From assembly GCA_964019425.1 (NCBI GenBank), contig OZ025795.1:62001-126000 (forward strand): a stretch of 64,000 nucleotides of DNA, given 5' to 3'. Position 1 is the first letter of the stretch, and each line of letters begins with the position of its first letter. This DNA comes from Flectonema sp. DT1601. Its lineage: Eukaryota. Positions 22,969-36,426 of the stretch are shown here, one piece after another. The notes below the pieces were generated by a model. That model was not told where the DNA came from and ran no database searches. It was given only the letters and a program-made list of their open reading frames with translations. A program made the translations under genes and the position numbers.

Positions 22969-24725
22969 GTTACTCAGAAGGGTTCTAATTGTGATGAGAA
23001 AATATTATTTAAAATCATTCATCATATTTAATAATTAAATTAATTAACTCATCTCCCATATATTTGTTCTGCCTGATGAATGAATTAGTCGCGTTGTGTA
23101 AAATAATTTTATTATTTTTAAAAAAAAAAGGAAAAGAAAACGGTCGCATCAAAATGCCATGCACGGCTTCTATTCGAGTTGCACTCATATGGGGAAAGGT
23201 ATCCTCCTGGTTATATTTATTTTTAAAAACCCAATTAAGGGATATGAGAGGTTTTTACTCAAATCAAGTACGACTTCTGTTCCATTTGAGTAGTCTTATC
23301 TTTTAATTTTACAAACACGACCCGCATGACTTGATTTACGAAGCTCATTCTTATTCACAGTTTTGTTTTGAGCAACCGTCAAGAAGGAAAAAATAAAATA
23401 AAACAAAAAAGAGGAAAGCTATAAATCGTTTGTATTAATGTAGTAAATAAAACATACAGAGAAACCCTTAGAGAAAGATTTCACAAAAATACATTTTCAT
23501 TTTGTCTATATTATCGAAGCCAGAGAAACTAAGTTTCAGGAAACGCTCACATATTTCACTCGGTTATTCACAGATACCACCGGTAGCATTATAACAAACA
23601 TTGCCAGACAGTATCCTGTGGGTCTCCTCTTAAGTGTGACAGGTACGAAGTGGAAAATAAAAAGGAGATTTAAGATAAAAGGGGGGTAGAGGAAAACAAC
23701 AAAACAAATAACCAAATAAACCAAATCCGGGGTGGGGTATGGGATTCGTATCGTCAAAATACTTCAGGGAAATATTGTGCAAAATATAAATAGAACAAAA
23801 GAAAATGAAAACAAAAATATTTTGCAGCTCAAGGATCCCTTTCCATAGTTGGCTGGCAGTATCACATAACTCTAACAGCCAGTAGCTGATGGTTAAAGTG
23901 CGACATCTGCTAAATAATAACAAAAACAATATCACAGTATGTAGTACTGCAGTAGACAGCAACAAATCATCCACTTCCAGTAACTGATATTGATTTATAG
24001 AACATATGTTCACTCGCCCTCTGAGGTAAGGGAGAGGATTAGCTAAGTACGAGGGCGGGGAATGAAGTATCATTTAAGTACTCACTATAGAACTTTGAGT
24101 TTTAAAAAATAGCAAGTGAGCGAAGCAAAATTGTGCTATCATTCTTTGATATCACAAGAGGTCAAAAGAATAAGAAAGATGAGCTCGCACACTTGCAAAA
24201 TGGCATCATTCTTCGCCAGGGGAGGGAGTACAGTCTTGAAGAGATGAGTTCTTCATTGCTAATTCACTCTGCTAGGTACTTTTCGTGGCATTTCTCACTC
24301 AGCAGATGAAAGCAGGCACCTCAAACCTCACCTCACAAGGGCTGCATTGTCGCCTGCGCTGCTTGCGCACGGTCAACGTTCTTCTATAAAAATAAAAAAA
24401 GTTTCCCATTCTGTTTGAATATTAAATGCACATCACGTCTCAGGCAACGATGCAATCGGAAGGCAACCTAGATGGTCCACGGCTAAATATAATTTCAACG
24501 GAAAAAAAGAAACCGTAGCGCGAAACACTCCACTCCATGGTATCCCTGAAACTGATATTTAAGGCAGCTTTCTATTCGTCAGAATTAAGTTAGATTATTT
24601 TCAAAGATGAGTTCTACAAAATAGAACTTCGAGTAGGGCTGAACGACTCCTTTTACTCACAAGGGGAAATAAATGTAAAACTGATTACACGAAACACATA
24701 TTTCACAAGAAAAATCACCAGATAC

Positions 24726-26188
24726 TTAATAGGCTTCCTGTACGTTGGCATTATCATGTCTCGCCTTCTGTTGTTTCTTCTTGTACTCAATGAGTGAACG
24801 AGTGAACTCTTCGTTAGAAATCTTTCGTGGCTTTGACATCAGGCAACTGAACAAAACAGCTCCTAAAAACAAGAACAGCAGAGATCCTAATATCGGAAGG
24901 ACGATGATGACGGTGCAGACGTTGGAACTGCCAGCCTTGCCGCTAACAATACCGAGCTGTTGGTTGTTTGATTTTGGCACCCCCACTACTCATAGAAGAA
25001 ACAGAAACAGAAATAACATACGTCAGGGCAGGAGCAATCCTTACCAGCAATGCAGACAACATCAGTCGAAGGAGGAGTATCTGGAATAGGGCGATGAGGA
25101 TTGAGAGGAGGAGGAGTAACAATTCCTGGAGCCAGACCATCGTCTGATGGTACTAACGCTGGGGCTTCAAACTCGGTTACGATAGGGAAAGCTACAGCCC
25201 TGTTAGTTATTAGACAAAGGTTCTTACCAAATTGAAATCTAATGTAACCATTCTCTCCCCAAGCAGATCCCCAGGAGTTCTTAACAATCCAAAACTCTAA
25301 ATCAGCTGTACTATCATATCCATGACCAACAACAAGAACAGCGTGATCTGTTACTGTACTAACACACTTGGTTAGAATTCCTCCATTGTATGATTTCCAA
25401 CAAGTAGAGTCTACCGCTACACTAATAGGTCCATGTGTCTTTACAAGAGAGTATAATTCTGTTTCATTGACAGTGTACGATTTGTAAGTTGTAATGTGAG
25501 CTCCTATTGGAAGACCAGTAACACTTTTACAGGATGCCTCACCTGTCTTTGATGATGATCTAGCGTCAGCGTAAGGGTATGATAACTCAGTTACGATGTT
25601 TCCTTTTCTGTTGTTAAGGAGGTTTTGGAACGCAGTGATGTAGTTTCCTCCTTTACAACCGTCGGGACTCTCACACGCGATTAACTCTTCTTCAGATAAT
25701 GAGACTAGCCCGTGTCCTTTAATTGCCCATTGGCCTTCAATAGCCCCAGTGGCTGAGAATGCCCAGCAGCCACCACATAATCCCTGATTCTTAACAGGTG
25801 TGACTGCAGGTGGGTCAGTGTTCGACCAATCAAATCCGAGGTCACTTCTAAGTGCTGCTACTTCCTTATAAGAGAATGGGAACTTCTCATGTTCTTGAAA
25901 CAATTCAGTTTCTGGAGTGTAACCTGAACGGAATTTTAGTCTGAATTCCTCCTCAGACATATCCGAAAAGATGTTTTGAGAAATAGTCGCATGCGGGTTG
26001 TCTTTTGACAATTCGTCTGCTGCTTCCATACTCTTCTTGTAATTCTCGAACCTAACAACTTCTTCATCCTTTTCATAATTCTTCTTGTGAGTGATCTTAT
26101 AGTTCTCCCACATTCGTTGAAGCTCTTCATCCAGTCTGGCGTCAGCCATCGTTGCCAATGCTGCAAAGATTACGGAAGTCGTTTTCAT
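24726..26188 (-). CDS. Papain-family (C1A) cathepsin L-like cysteine protease with C-terminal TM anchor (exons 26188-25022, 24956-24726)
   Basis: Signal peptide, I29 prodomain, catalytic QGLCGGCWAFS, DHAVLVVG, WIVKNSWG. Phase-0 intron GTATGT...CCAACAG joins an exon encoding VIIVLPILGSLLFLFLGAVLFSCL. Confidence 0.85.
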
Positions 26189-26318
26189 TTTTTATCTATT
26201 TTCGCTTTACATGAAAGAAAGTGATAACAACAACAAAAATAATTATACTACTTTCACCTTCCTACCATTTTATAGAAAAGTCTGTTGACCACTTTACTCA
26301 CAATATTCATTATGTAGC

Positions 26319-26351
<33 letters not shown>

Positions 26352-26444
26352 TTCTCCGACACGCACACTAAGTCTCAAAATAGTTTACTTTAAGTTTATT
26401 AATTTAAACAAACGGAGCAGGTTGGAAAACTGTCCCAAAGTAAT

Positions 26445-27077
26445 TCAGTATATGGTAAACACAACAAGAACTGTTAGAATAATAAATAATACAATAAGTA
26501 CCAATGTCTGTCTACACGTTCCCGAATCCTCGATTAAAGAGTCGAGCTGACTATTGAGATGAGTCAGAGAACTGTGAACATGATCAATAGATGTTTGTAA
26601 TTTAGTTAAAAGTGTATCCTGTTCGTCAAGTTCTTGAGAAATAGAAACTGACATTTGATGTTGATTTGAAAGAGACGATGATACTTGTTTTAGACCTTCG
26701 TCTTCAATTTTAAATTGTTCTGTTTTGTTCATAAGTTGTAAATCGATATACTGAGATGGTGTAATAAAATCATCATTATTGTCTTGGTGATGTTCTTGTT
26801 TTGTGTATCTTCGCTGTTGTAATTTAAAGTACAACGTATCAACCTGAGCATGGAGTGTTGCAATTGATCCATTTCTCCTCATTAGCTGTTCTTTACTTAA
26901 ACAGAATCGTTCTGGTGTTTCTTTCATTGCCTCCACAGCTTCTTCTAGTGCGCTGAGGTTGGAACTGATCCCTTGTAACTTTTTTTCAATTTCTTCATAT
27001 TTTCCTTTTCTAAGTTCTTTTTTACATTCCTGAATACTTTTCTCAACGTCATCTTTTAACTCGAAAAAGGGATCCAT
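26445..27077 (-). CDS. Syntaxin-6/10-like Qc-SNARE
   Basis: MDPFFELKDDV N-terminal domain, SNARE motif ISQELDEQDTLL and C-terminal TM. Confidence 0.85.
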   Translation of the reverse strand: MDPFFELKDDVEKSIQECKKELRKGKYEEIEKKLQGISSNLSALEEAVEAMKETPERFCLSKEQLMRRNGSIATLHAQVDTLYFKLQQRRYTKQEHHQDNNDDFITPSQYIDLQLMNKTEQFKIEDEGLKQVSSSLSNQHQMSVSISQELDEQDTLLTKLQTSIDHVHSSLTHLNSQLDSLIEDSGTCRQTLVLIVLFIILTVLVVFTIY

Positions 27078-28386
27078 GTGATCATTATACTAATGTTACT
27101 GTTGTTGAAAGGGGTTTTTATGATAATTTTAAAAGTAAGAAAGGAAAGCCTCAATCAAGACAACGCGTACTTCCATTATAAGGTTCCTGTTGGATAAAAA
27201 CATAACAACAATTGAACAATCCATACAAAACTTACTTACGATTCGGAACCGCTCACGAGATGGGATTGTGTTGTTACCTACCGCCGCATACTTTCACTTG
27301 TTTCTTTTTTTTCTCTCTTTCTTTTTTTTTTTCCCCCCCTTGTTTTTTTTGTTTTCCTTCACCTATACGTGATTTCCCTTTTGTTTCTTTATTTTTTTGT
27401 TTCATCTTGCTTGGTCACCACTATCAGTTTCCTTTTACTGTGGTATCCCCTTAAAGACTATGTGAAAGAACACATTTAATCAGTACGATAAATAAAAAGG
27501 AAACGTGTATACTCATTGAACCTCCAGGTTCCACCACAGAGTAAAAGTACTATTATTTCTTTCCTATTGAGACGAAGCATCGTTTCTTGCCGTTGTTTTT
27601 TTTTTTTTTTTTTTTCCTCGTCAAGACATCCTTTTAAAATATCAGCGGGAACAACAAGGAAACAAAAAACTAAAGGGAAATCATGGATGACAGGATCATT
27701 TAACAAACAAAAGAAAGTGGTTCTGCCTCCCCTTTTGTCGGACTGAAGAATAGAAGAGAGACTTCGGCGGGGACGGCGCTGTTGCTGCGAATCAGGATAA
27801 TAAAATAAAAACTAAAAGAAAAAAATGAAAAAAAAAACCTTTTCTCATTTCACACCGTTCCATTCGGGAACTCTCTTTCTGTTGGGAATTTTTTTTTTTT
27901 TTTTTTTTAGTAGTCAAAAAATCGACATCAAGGTACACTATTTTTTTCAACGGGCGCAATATAGAAACAAACACGAAAAAAGAAAAAAAAAGAAAAAAAA
28001 AAAGGAGGAGGAAGGGGACAAAAAAGAAAAAAAACAGAATTAATTCAACGGATCACACGAGTAATATCAACTGACTACAAAGGAAAACACGTGAAGCGAC
28101 ACGGGGTTTAAAAAGGGTTTACTATCATAATATACCATTCCAAGATTGATTCTTCTCATCACACGAACTCAATCATACATAACTTAATAACAAATCAAAG
28201 TAAGCGTACGTATGTCTAATGTCACTGTTAAGAAAGCGTGTGCGAAACCTATGGTGTTCGACAAGGCAATTAATTATTCACAAGAACAAAACCCCGAAAA
28301 GAATTTGCTTATTGAGAGACTTGTGTTAATTTAATTTCATTTTATTGGATCAGTGATTCAATGTAATGGCGAGAACAGTATTGATT

Positions 28387-29964
28387 CTACGCCTGAAGGA
28401 AATCCCATCTCTGACACATCACCTTCTGCATGCAAAGGAGTGCCTGGCGTTTTTCTTCAGGTGCCTGTTTTTGTTTTTTGTTTTTGTTTTCCAAAAAGGC
28501 AATACCGTTTCATGTAGTAGTTTTAAATGACAAAGAGTGCCATACCTTACTGTCCATCAAGTCGTAGAGTCTTTGCTTTAAACGATCTTTACACAAACTG
28601 TCCCATTGACGACGGCCTTGTGGGTGGTGTCTTACAAACTCACCAATATCGTGACAGGCAATCTGAATATTTACAGATCTCTTGCTGGTTTCAATGATTT
28701 GACATAATTCCTTTATCGCTGCGTAATCATCACTTTCGAATGCTTTGGTATTTTCCTTCCAGAACTTATCACTGGTATGTGGTGGTGACCACTCTAAGAT
28801 ACCAGAGTTTAGTTCCTGTTTGTACTGAGAGTAGCTACTCAAATCTTCGACATTTGTCTCAAGCAGGTCGAGGAGTTCGCGGATCTGTTGGTTGTTTTTT
28901 GTTATATTTTAAAAAAATATGATGATGAAAAACCTCAAATAGATAAAAAGAAAACATACGTCAGGAAGGATATCAGCGTCTCCAAAGTTTCTCTTCTGAA
29001 GCATTTCTAAGTTTTGAATCATTCCAACTCCAATCATTTCCTTCAGAAAATTAGGAGAGTCTCCCCTCTGAGTCTTCTGACAGTTCGCGTAGTTCATTAA
29101 CACGAGGAGAGTCATACGAATGGACTTTTCCTTCTTTTGACGTTTAAGGAGGGAGTTGAGTACCATTATTATCGACTGACCAGGTGCGTCATCAGCAGGC
29201 TTGCATGCAGCATCAAAGTCAATAAGGAATTCAGGAATGAATGAAAGCAGCCAGATGGTCTTTGTGGCATCGTAAATGAATTGAGCGCGCTCCTCACAGT
29301 TTGCAGCAAAGACGTTTTCTGAAGGAAACAGCAGGCGAGGTAAAAGACTTGGAACTCCAGAGTCAACAATATCCTGTCGAAGAGAACTTGGAGTCGTAAC
29401 AATCGATAGAGCTCTGACACAAGCTTCAGCACTCTGAACGAAATCAGCAGCAGTTTGTTCAGAAGCTCTCAACGCCTGGTTTAATTGTGTAAGTATGGTT
29501 TTCAAGAAAGTTGGAAGCCACTTCTTTCCATATGTTTCACATCCCGGTTGAGAGATGAAGTGAGCTAATATTTCCATTGATCTCGCAGATACCCAAGAGT
29601 GATCAGATCTAGTCCACTTCTCGATATATAATCCTGGGTCAGTTTCTGTTGCTGCTGCACACTTTGTGAAACAAGTAGCAAACTTCTCATTTACCTTCAC
29701 CATCATAGACATCAGTTCCAAAAGACTACGTACGCTGTCGAGATCTGTTGTACTCTTAACCCTGTCAATCATGGTTGCTACAACAAGGGAAATATTTTCT
29801 TCTCCCATTTGAGTTTTCAAACTAGTCTCAGTCTCAGAGGCCTGAATTAATCTCTGTAATAACTCTCTCTTTCCGTCTTCCATTCCTCCTGTTACGGACA
29901 ACAACCCGAGGATACTCCTATGTCTTTCCTCAGGCAGTACTATGTCTGACGGTAGCTCTGCCAT
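28387..29964 (-). CDS. ATP6V1H: V-type H+-ATPase subunit H (exons 29964-28960, 28884-28546, 28464-28387)
   Basis: KKEKSIRM, LSSYSQYKQELNSGILEWSPPHTSDKFWKEN, IACHDIGEFVRHHPQGR, RQALLCMQKVM...W. Introns restore the frame. Confidence 0.93.
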
Positions 29965-30661
29965 GTTTTGTAGATGCTGTGGGAAGCAAACTAATTAGTC
30001 AGTTGTGTTGAAAACAGTTAACATTACCAACTGCTGACCACATCAAAACATCTGTCGCTATTAAAATAAATAAACTAAGCTGCTGCAGAACAACCAGAAG
30101 AACTGAATTGCCATGACCCTATAGTCAGGGTCTGTTTGTTGTATTGGTGTTGACATTCCTTTTAATCACTTTTGCTGAATACGAAATGTTACGAAACAGA
30201 AAAAACACAACTAAAGCAGTGCCACGAGGTAGGTTACATTTAAAACAAAAAATATATATTTAAAAAAAATTTAAAAAATCGAAGCATTCGTCCATTTCTC
30301 ATAGCAGACGAGGACCCAAATACGAAGCAATAGATATGGTATCTTACTTATAAAGTATTCGATTTTTAATGTTTTTTTCTTCCTGAGCTTCATTTAAGAT
30401 TTTAGCAACCTTTTCTTTTCTTAAAAGTCTGAACAAGAAGACATTAAAAAGAACCAAGACTCACTATTTGTAAAATATAGATTTTTCTTAAAAAAAGAAA
30501 AAAAGATAATAAAAAAAAAAGACGAAGAAAAAGATATCTTCTGCATGATTAAGACATAAAGTAGTATTAAAAAGTTAGAAAAGGAACTAGCAGTACTTTT
30601 GCAAGACCGCATCTCTGTCCTTCTTGCTTACACTATCAAATATTAAAAAAAAAAAAAAAAT

Positions 30662-31358
30662 GGGAAAACCTCTAATCCAGACACAAAAGTTTCCGAAACC
30701 GCCAACTATACAAAAAAAGTGCCTTGTGGCCTGTGGTTAAAAAATCCGCCACCAGGAATCGAACTTGCCAAATTTAAGGCAGACTTTTTTTTTCCCCCGA
30801 AAAATGCGTTGAGTAATTTTAAATCTCCTCACAATTTTTTCTAAACAAACATGCCTGCTTCTGATGGGAGACACTTTTGGGACGCGTGACAAGTTCACAA
30901 AGAGTTTTTCTCAGATTATTTTGGACGTTCTTGCACCACGTCCGCCTGCCAATGTTTAGCTTGTACTGTCAACATCATTGCCTCAAACCACCCGCACATC
31001 GTTTAAGGTGGTCTCTATGGAGGTGGGTGTTACAGTGGCACCAACTGCCCTTACATTGGCAACAGCTGTACAAGCACCCACTGAAGGGATGTAAGCACCT
31101 CGTTGACAATGTGGTGGCCCAAACGAAGATGCATCAATCGTTGTATGCAAAAATGACTTCCAGGGATGAAGCCGGACAGAAGACATAGAGGGGATGAATA
31201 TATGGGGCAGACACTCTGGAACGTTGGTCAGACGCTTAATTGGCCCAAAGACGTACCCTGACCGAACGAATGTGGTGTGTGATTCAAAGGAGGGCTTGTT
31301 GTTTATGATCGGAAAATCAATCTTCGTGCCAAAGAGCTATCGGATTAGGGGTTTTCCC
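30662..31358. mobile_element. Non-autonomous Mutator-like (MULE) DNA transposon, 697 bp
   Basis: TIRs GGGAAAACCTCTAATCC (30662-30678) and GGATTAGGGGTTTTCCC (31342-31358) match 16/17. Identical 9-bp flanks AAAAAAAAT at 30653-30661 and 31359-31367. Interior is more GC-rich than the flanks. Confidence 0.75.
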
Positions 31359-31632
31359 AAAAAAAATTAAATAGTTTTTTTTCAAGTGGGTCCGGGTCGG
31401 AACAAGAATCAGGAAAAAAAAAAAAAATAAAAATAAAAAAGAACTAATGCTTTATCGCAAGTACAGATGTTTGTTGAGGAGAATCGAGAAGGGAGACTAC
31501 AATTTCTCCCTTTTTTTTCTTTGTATTTTTTTATCTTTTGCATTTCTTTTTATTTTTTGTTGTTGCATTCTTTTCTTTCCTTCTATTACCTCTTAAAAAC
31601 AGAGGGCACAAACACAGTTCAAACAACAACAA

Positions 31633-31666
<34 letters not shown>

Positions 31667-32650
31667 GAGAAAAAACAAGCCGCAAAATGCAGCAACCGTA
31701 AACAGTAACTTAAAATGGACAACAATAACAGAATCGCACTGCTTTAAATTTGAATAACTAAAATGAAGAACGGCTTTAACCGAGTTACCCATAATTGGGA
31801 CATCTGTAACTCGCAGATTTGTATTTCACGAGGCTATCAGTACGGTGACATCGATCGCTTCGCAGACCAACCCAAGTTGGAATGATTACCTTAAGAAGGA
31901 AGTCAGCAAAAAGAAATTGAAATATAAAAAAAAAGTTTTTATCACACACCGCCTCGGAAGTCAACTGCGGAAGGACACTATTTTATTGTTTACAAAGAAA
32001 TTGAAACCAGGGTCAGTGAATAGTATTACCGATAAAACACTTCTTATCTTACAAAAAAAGAAAAAAAATAACCGTATACTAAAACTTCCGCAAACATATA
32101 ATTGCCTGGTTTTAAAAACAGAGAACGAATCGAGTTTTTTTTTATTTTATTTTTCTTCTTTTAAATAAGAAATTAAAGAAGAGGGGGGGGGGGAAAGGAA
32201 AAAAATGATGGAAGCAACAGCAACCATATCTGTGCAACAATAAGAACCCAAATAAATAGGTTGAGTGTTGCTCTCGCGCGGGTGGTATACAGCTGCAGGA
32301 GCCGAAAATTAATTCGTAGGATTTCTTTTTTTTTTTGTTTTTTTTTTTACTGATTTTTTAACCCAGCACGTAATGAAGCTGAATCAGAAAACACGCATTT
32401 AGGATAGTAAAAAAGAGCATAAAAACAATTGCCGTCTGCGTCACCTGAGAATCTCAATTTTCAATAAGGACTTCTCTAGAACGACACTCTCACTAGAGAT
32501 GAAGCCTACATGTCGGAAAAAAATTAAAAAAAAAAGAAACCAACTCTCGTGGCACAACTACAACAAAACGAATAAGAATCCATACCGTACAGAAAACATT
32601 GGGAGAGAATGAGAGGATGGGGGGAAAAAAAAAAACAAAAAAAAGAACAA

Positions 32651-32883
32651 TGGTTGTAGCACCACTATAAACCAGCGCTCTTTAAAAAAAACGTCTGAGA
32701 TTAAAAAAGAATTTGGCTGATTATGGGCTCACCAAGGTATCACCTTTGGTAGGCGCATTGTACTTTTCCTATCCCGTTATTATTGTAACAGGAGTTAGTG
32801 GTTTGCAAAAAAAAAAAAAAAAAAAAAGAAATTATGGGCTCTTTCAAATGCAAAGCCCATAGTTTTTATGGGCGCTACAACCA
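32651..32883. mobile_element. Possible MITE with short terminal inverted repeats
   Basis: TGGTTGTAGC at 32651 and GCTACAACCA ending at 32883 (12/13 match when extended). Flanks AGAACAA / CGAACAA; internal hairpins. Confidence 0.35.
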
Positions 32884-33144
32884 CGAACAATAATATAACT
32901 TAAATTGTTTAACATACAAACATTTAATAGACAAAAAAAAAACTAATACTTGGCAACAAAAACAGTACTGAGTTTGCTAACCAATTAAACCACGGAGAAG
33001 TATACTAATTACATAACAAGGATAAGCATACATCATATCCTTGAATTTCCTATTCGGTAAAAGCTTCATTTGATATAACAGTCCTCCGAAAGACTAGCGG
33101 CTAGCTGCCTTAGTAAGCACCCCATAAGAGTAAACACTACAGCT

Positions 33145-35505
33145 TTAACTCGTAGCTGGTTGTTTGCCGGCAGTCCATCCTGGAGTCGGAGGAAGTAGCG
33201 GTTGCTCTGATCGTTCCATTGCAACACTCCAAGGACTCTCTTGATTCATAGAGCCTGACATACTACCTGAGTGTTCAGTAACTACTTCACTAATACCTGG
33301 AAGCACTATCTTACTGTCGCTATCTGGTCGACTCTTTGGAGATAAAGATGCCAACTCTAACATGATTTCTTCAGAAGTACGTGACCTTACTAATGATCTG
33401 GGAGAATATAATAAATCAGGAGTACCATCAAGTGGTGGTACCGGAATTGGAACAGGAGTTTGAGGAGCAGCATAGTATTGGACAGAAGCTATAAGAGCAA
33501 CAGCAGCTGTTACTACAGTAGAAACTGTTCGATGACTTCCAGGTAACATCAACGGACTATCAGGTACTGTGGTCGGAGATGAGAGTAATGAATCTGGTGG
33601 TGATATTCCAACTGTCCGATGATGAACCAATCCAAGTAACTCATCAACACTTGTTGGTCTTCCATCAATCTCTTGACTTATTGAATTACCGAGTCTCTTT
33701 AATTGACCCAACTTCGTAACATTTACTGGAATGTCACCTCTCCGTTTCTTCTTCCTTCCTAACGTAGTACTCATTCTCCTTTTTGGATTACCACCAGCAG
33801 GTAAACTGTTTAAGTTGTTGTTATTCATAATAGTAATTAGTGTTAGATTCTCTTATTGAGAATCTCACACGAAAAGCGTATTATTAAATAAACTGGTTGT
33901 GTTAATTATACAAACCTTTCCTGTCTGACAAGGGAATTACTAGTACTCGGTGTACTTTGTATCGAAGAGTGTCTGTCGAGAGTAGCTGCTGATTGAACGC
34001 GTCCGAAAGAAAGGGGACCAGTCTGTGTTGTTGTTGTTATAAAATAATAAAATTACTAACAGAGATATCGTAGAAGGTAAACATACACTTGTTCTTATTG
34101 GATGTTGTGAATTCTTCTTAACATCACTAATACCTATTATTGTATCCAGATCAAATCTTGGATTGGCATCAGATCTATCGACTGGTCTCATTTGAGGTGA
34201 GATAGAACACAACGAAGACGCTCCCAGAATCGATTGAGAAATTGAGACTCGTTTACGAATTCGTTGAGTCCCACTGATGACTGGATCATTTAAACAAAAA
34301 GAACTATCAGCTATTGAAACTTCATCAAAGAATGATGGTGAAGATGCTTCACGGACATCTTGTTTAAATCCTGCACGAGGTCGTGGTGCTTTGTCTATTT
34401 GAAATGATGGAGACATTTGAAAAGGACTTCGAAACATTGATGAGTCACTAGAGCGAGACAAACAATCAATATTACTCTCCTTCTCTTCGTAGTATGAACC
34501 AGGTTGTCTTTTAAATTGAAAGAATGACATTTGACGAGCATGAGCATGACCTGCGAGTGGAGATCCACAAGTACTTGGAGCAAGTTCTCTACTGTCAGTA
34601 CAAGGAATACCTAAGGGTGACTCAGGTAGATCAAATGAAGAGTTTTGTATACCAGGAATCCCTGGAGAAGGTGTAGTTGTCTCTCCATCTGAACTCTCTG
34701 ATACTACTGTGCTGATACCTGATTTCCTCTTTAGTTTTGATGTTATTAAACTTTTTCTAATTCTCTGACCAATCACACCATCTTGTAGAGTCTTCCAAGT
34801 CTCTACCCTCACTCCAGTAGTTGACGTTCCCTCAGGATTTCTATAGTCTTCAATACCTAATGCTTTTGAAACAAATCTAGAATTATCTAACACACTAATA
34901 AATTCAATCCTACCGCTGTCATTAACATCCAACACCGCAAGGAGTTGAAGGACTACACGTTGCCTCCGACTCTCTCCGGCATCGCAATTATTTTGATCAG
35001 TGAAATTAGCAGCCAGAGAAGAGTCGTACATATCAACTAACAAAGATAAATCAGAGTGTAGAATCCATCCACTGTTATCAGTGTCAAGTATTGTAAATAA
35101 GAACGTTAATTGCTCTTCACAACTACCTCTTTGAAGAGTTGATAGCAGCTGTGCGCAGACTGCAAAGTTGAGATTCTCATCTTCAGAGACCCTCTCGCAT
35201 ATTGCTGCAGCTATGACTGGATTCATTTCAGGGTCGTTCATGTATGGAGGTCTCACTAAGAAATCCCATAATACTTCTCTACTGTCTACCCTACCATCAG
35301 AAGAATTTGAGACGGCACAATAATGTTCACATAACTCACTCAATTCTTCTATCGAATAGTGAAGCAACTTACTGAGGACCATCATCTCACGCTTATCTCC
35401 AAATGTCCGATTTACATTGAGCTTCTCCGGTTCTTGGAGACAGATTCCATATGCTCGATCAAGAAGGTCAAAAACCCCTTCTTCTGTGGACACTAAACAT
35501 CCCAT
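33145..35505 (-). CDS. Putatively N-acylated EF-hand (calcineurin B/NCS-like) protein with long disordered tail (exons 35505-34087, 34022-33916, 33805-33145)
   Basis: MGC start, EEQLTFLFTILDTDNSGWI and LDVNDSGRIEF EF loops. Two GT-AG introns link the 33940 and 33145 ORFs in frame. Confidence 0.7.
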
Positions 35506-36426
35506 AGTATCTCGAGTAGTTGCATGTGAGGCGTGTTGCTGCCTGTCACTATGCTTTCTGATGGAAGGAATAGTTTTAAATAATTGAATTCAAGTAATAC
35601 TTTCACATAAGTAGGACGATCTACAAATCACCTGTTGTCAAAAAGATTATTATAACTCAAACTAATAATAAACAAAACATAATAAGATATAATCAGGGGA
35701 ACAACAGGCGAGCATTAGTATTGTTTTGAAGGGAGTTTTCTTAATACCGTTGGGTTTGGGACAACACGAATGGCACAAAATATGTTTCTCATTATGAGTT
35801 GCGTGTGTATAAGTTTTTATTTTTATTTTTTTTAATAATTAACTTTTTTTTTTTTTTTTTTTTTTTTTGTTGCTATTTGCTGCAGTTCATAATCTTCTCT
35901 CCGACTAATTTTACAGCTCCGAATGCCTTCCGCAAAGCAACCACATGACAGCTGACCAGCGAGTACTACTTGCCGTTAATAACGGGTCACGGGTAATAAA
36001 TAAGAACTCAATATAACAAGAAACTAGATGAGGGGGGAAGAGGGGGGGGGTACAATTTCATAATGTTTGAGGGAAGGCTTTCTTTTTCTTATGCCTTCCC
36101 TCAACTAAAGAATGGGAACAAACAAGTTGCGAACAAAGGAAAAAAATAAACGGGTAAAGAAAATAAGAACGAAAAGATCTCACAGGGGGGATAAATAAAT
36201 ACTAAAAAAAAAACATTCAGGGATGGAGGTACAGGTACAATAATGGAAGGATGGGATTCTCTCTTTCTCTTTTTTTTTTTTTTTTAATTTTTTTGTTTTC
36301 GTTTTATTTCTTATTTACTCATATCTCAGATTTGAGAACACCCTCTCTCCTGTGCGACGAATTTAATCATCGAAATGCATCCCTGTCTCGCGTTCTCCAG
36401 AACTACGCACTCGAGAGAGAATCAGA

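Noticed and set aside
23536..24400. Complex intergenic sequence with short ORFs, possibly a decayed element
   Set aside because: No recognisable domain, terminal repeats or intact frame found by eye.
27190..28043. Short Phe/Lys-rich ORFs (also 31467-32168 and 43019-43255)
   Set aside because: Artefacts of poly-A/poly-T tracts.
30740..30770. tRNA T-arm/B-box-like GTTCGATTCCTGGTGGCGGA followed by a T run on the minus strand
   Set aside because: The T-stem does not pair well and no D or anticodon arm is present. It lies inside the MULE-like element; not called a tRNA.
31341..31355. TTAGGG / CCCTAA telomere or telomerase-template-like word
   Set aside because: Single copy, and fully explained as part of the terminal inverted repeat.
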